DNA of 64,000 nucleotides, from contig OZ024741.1 of assembly GCA_964016885.1 (NCBI GenBank), forward strand, positions 11,408,001-11,472,000, given 5' to 3'. The translations under genes and the position numbers were made by a program. Shown here in pieces: positions 62,440-64,000 of the stretch (its first letter is position 1; each line of letters begins with the position of its first letter). Under the pieces are notes generated by a model. The model ran no database searches. It was not told the DNA's origin and saw only the letters and a list, made by a program, of their open reading frames with translations. This DNA is from Eledone cirrhosa (taxonomy: Eukaryota).

Positions 62440-62648
62440 ATAATTGTTTCTACTTTTGGCACAAGACCAGCAATTACTCAGGGCATTACTGGTACTTGAT
62501 TTTATCGACCCCGTAAGGATGAAAGGCAAAGTCAACCTCGGCGGGATTTGAACTCAGATCGTAAAGGGACGTAACTATGCTGGAAAGCATGGCGTCTGAC
62601 CCTCTACCGATACTGCCAATCCACCACCTTAATAATAATAATAATAAT
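62440..62648 (-). mobile_element. SINE (same family as 46580-46769) with adjacent uninterrupted (AAT)n
   Basis: Colinear with 46580-46784; shows the SINE-(AAT)n context without a Tx1 insertion. Confidence 0.82.
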
Positions 62649-62779
62649 ATATTAATGATAGTAAATATACTCATTTACTGTGTTTATAGCTCAATGCAAT
62701 GAAGATCCTGCAGAGCTTTTATATATTTATAGTTTATAGTTGTTAATAAATGCCTTAAATATTTTGGTTTGTAAATAAA

Positions 62780-63036
62780 CTATATATATATAAATATATA
62801 AGTATTTGTATGTGTATGTATATATATATATAAATATATAAGTGTTTGTATGTATATATATATACAAATATATAAGTGTTTGTATGTATATATATATATA
62901 TATACACACACACATATGTGTTTGTATGTATGTATATATATATATACAAATATATAAGTGTTTGTATGTGTATGTATATAAATATATAAGTGTTTGTATG
63001 TGTATGTATACATATAAATATATAAGTGTTTGTATG

Positions 63037-63086
<50 letters not shown>

Positions 63087-63205
63087 TATGTTTGTATGTT
63101 TAAGTACATATATATATAAATATATAAGTGTTTGTATGTGTATGTATATATCTATCTATATCTACACATACATAACACACATATCATATACATGTGTGTG
63201 TGTAT
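62780..63205. repeat. AT-rich compound micro/minisatellite (AAATATATAAGTGTTTGTATG + (TA)n)
   Basis: Directly visible. Confidence 0.88.
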
Positions 63206-64000
63206 GTTTTAATGTACTGTTGAAGCAAGTAAAAGTGAAACGAAACAAAACCACCACCTCGACCCCCCATTATTACCCTTGCCACCACCCATTCTACCCA
63301 GATACATTTAGTCAATCATCATTGTACTATTCAAACCACCCCTACCCTCGCTCCCTTCATATCACTAACACCATGACCACTTTCAATATTATAAACCATC
63401 ACTCCACCCACCTACAACACCATCATTAATTCTTACCCTAACTTAATTAGGTACAAACACACATAGATTTGGGGAACTAGCTGTACAGTAATCCAGATTT
63501 GGGAAACTAGTATAGTAATCCAGGTTTGGGGACTAGCTGTACAGTAATCCATGTTTGGGGAGTTAGATGTACAGTAATCCAGTTTTTATATTCAACGGTC
63601 ACAATGATTTCCATGAAGAATGACTTAAATGACCTTTTAACGTCCTTATTTTCTTGTAATTAACCCCAAATATGCACATTCATACCCAAGGAGACAGTAA
63701 TATACATGTTCAAACCCAAGACCTCAAAATATTGGAAGAGGTATGTTGCCGGTCTCGGTAAAATAGACTCCCATGCTATATAGCCGTTAAGCGTGTTAGA
63801 CACCATGAGTTGCGGCCCAAGTTAAGACAGTTTGAAATCTTTTCTACCATCAATTGTTAAAAAATATGTTAAAATCATTTAGTAATCATTTCATTATAAT
63901 TCTGCTTGTGTTTCGACCATTCGTAACTTATGTTAGGCTTTAGTTACATACAGACACATCTACTGTGTTACATACATACATATCTACTGTGTTACATGCA

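Overview
Eukaryotic (animal) genomic DNA, AT-rich and dense in microsatellites, SINEs and LINEs. The repeat landscape suggests a cephalopod such as an octopus, but that is inference. The only host gene I can support is a sideroflexin-5-like gene on the minus strand: three coding exons at 44016-43951, 13127-12954 and 9217-9163, with canonical, phase-compatible splice sites and a 30.8-kb intron after the first coding exon. That intron holds a 13.4-kb array of a 70-bp satellite. Retroelements include a decayed Penelope-like element and a second GIY-YIG fragment, several RTE LINE fragments and tRNA-derived SINEs, a TTAA MITE, CRE-like fragments, a head-to-tail pair of Tx1-clade LINEs in a (TAA)n tract, and a decayed R4/Dong-like element. 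There is also a 5' U2 snRNA fragment. The most interesting signals are (1) several type I hammerhead ribozyme motifs, one in a ~315-bp head-to-tail retrozyme-like unit; (2) long DNA palindromes whose fold-back points coincide with hammerhead helices or other native hairpins, suggesting self-primed cDNA fold-back; and (3) a Tx1 copy whose two in-frame deletions leave an endonuclease-only mini-ORF2. All structures were read by eye; no folding or database searches were run.
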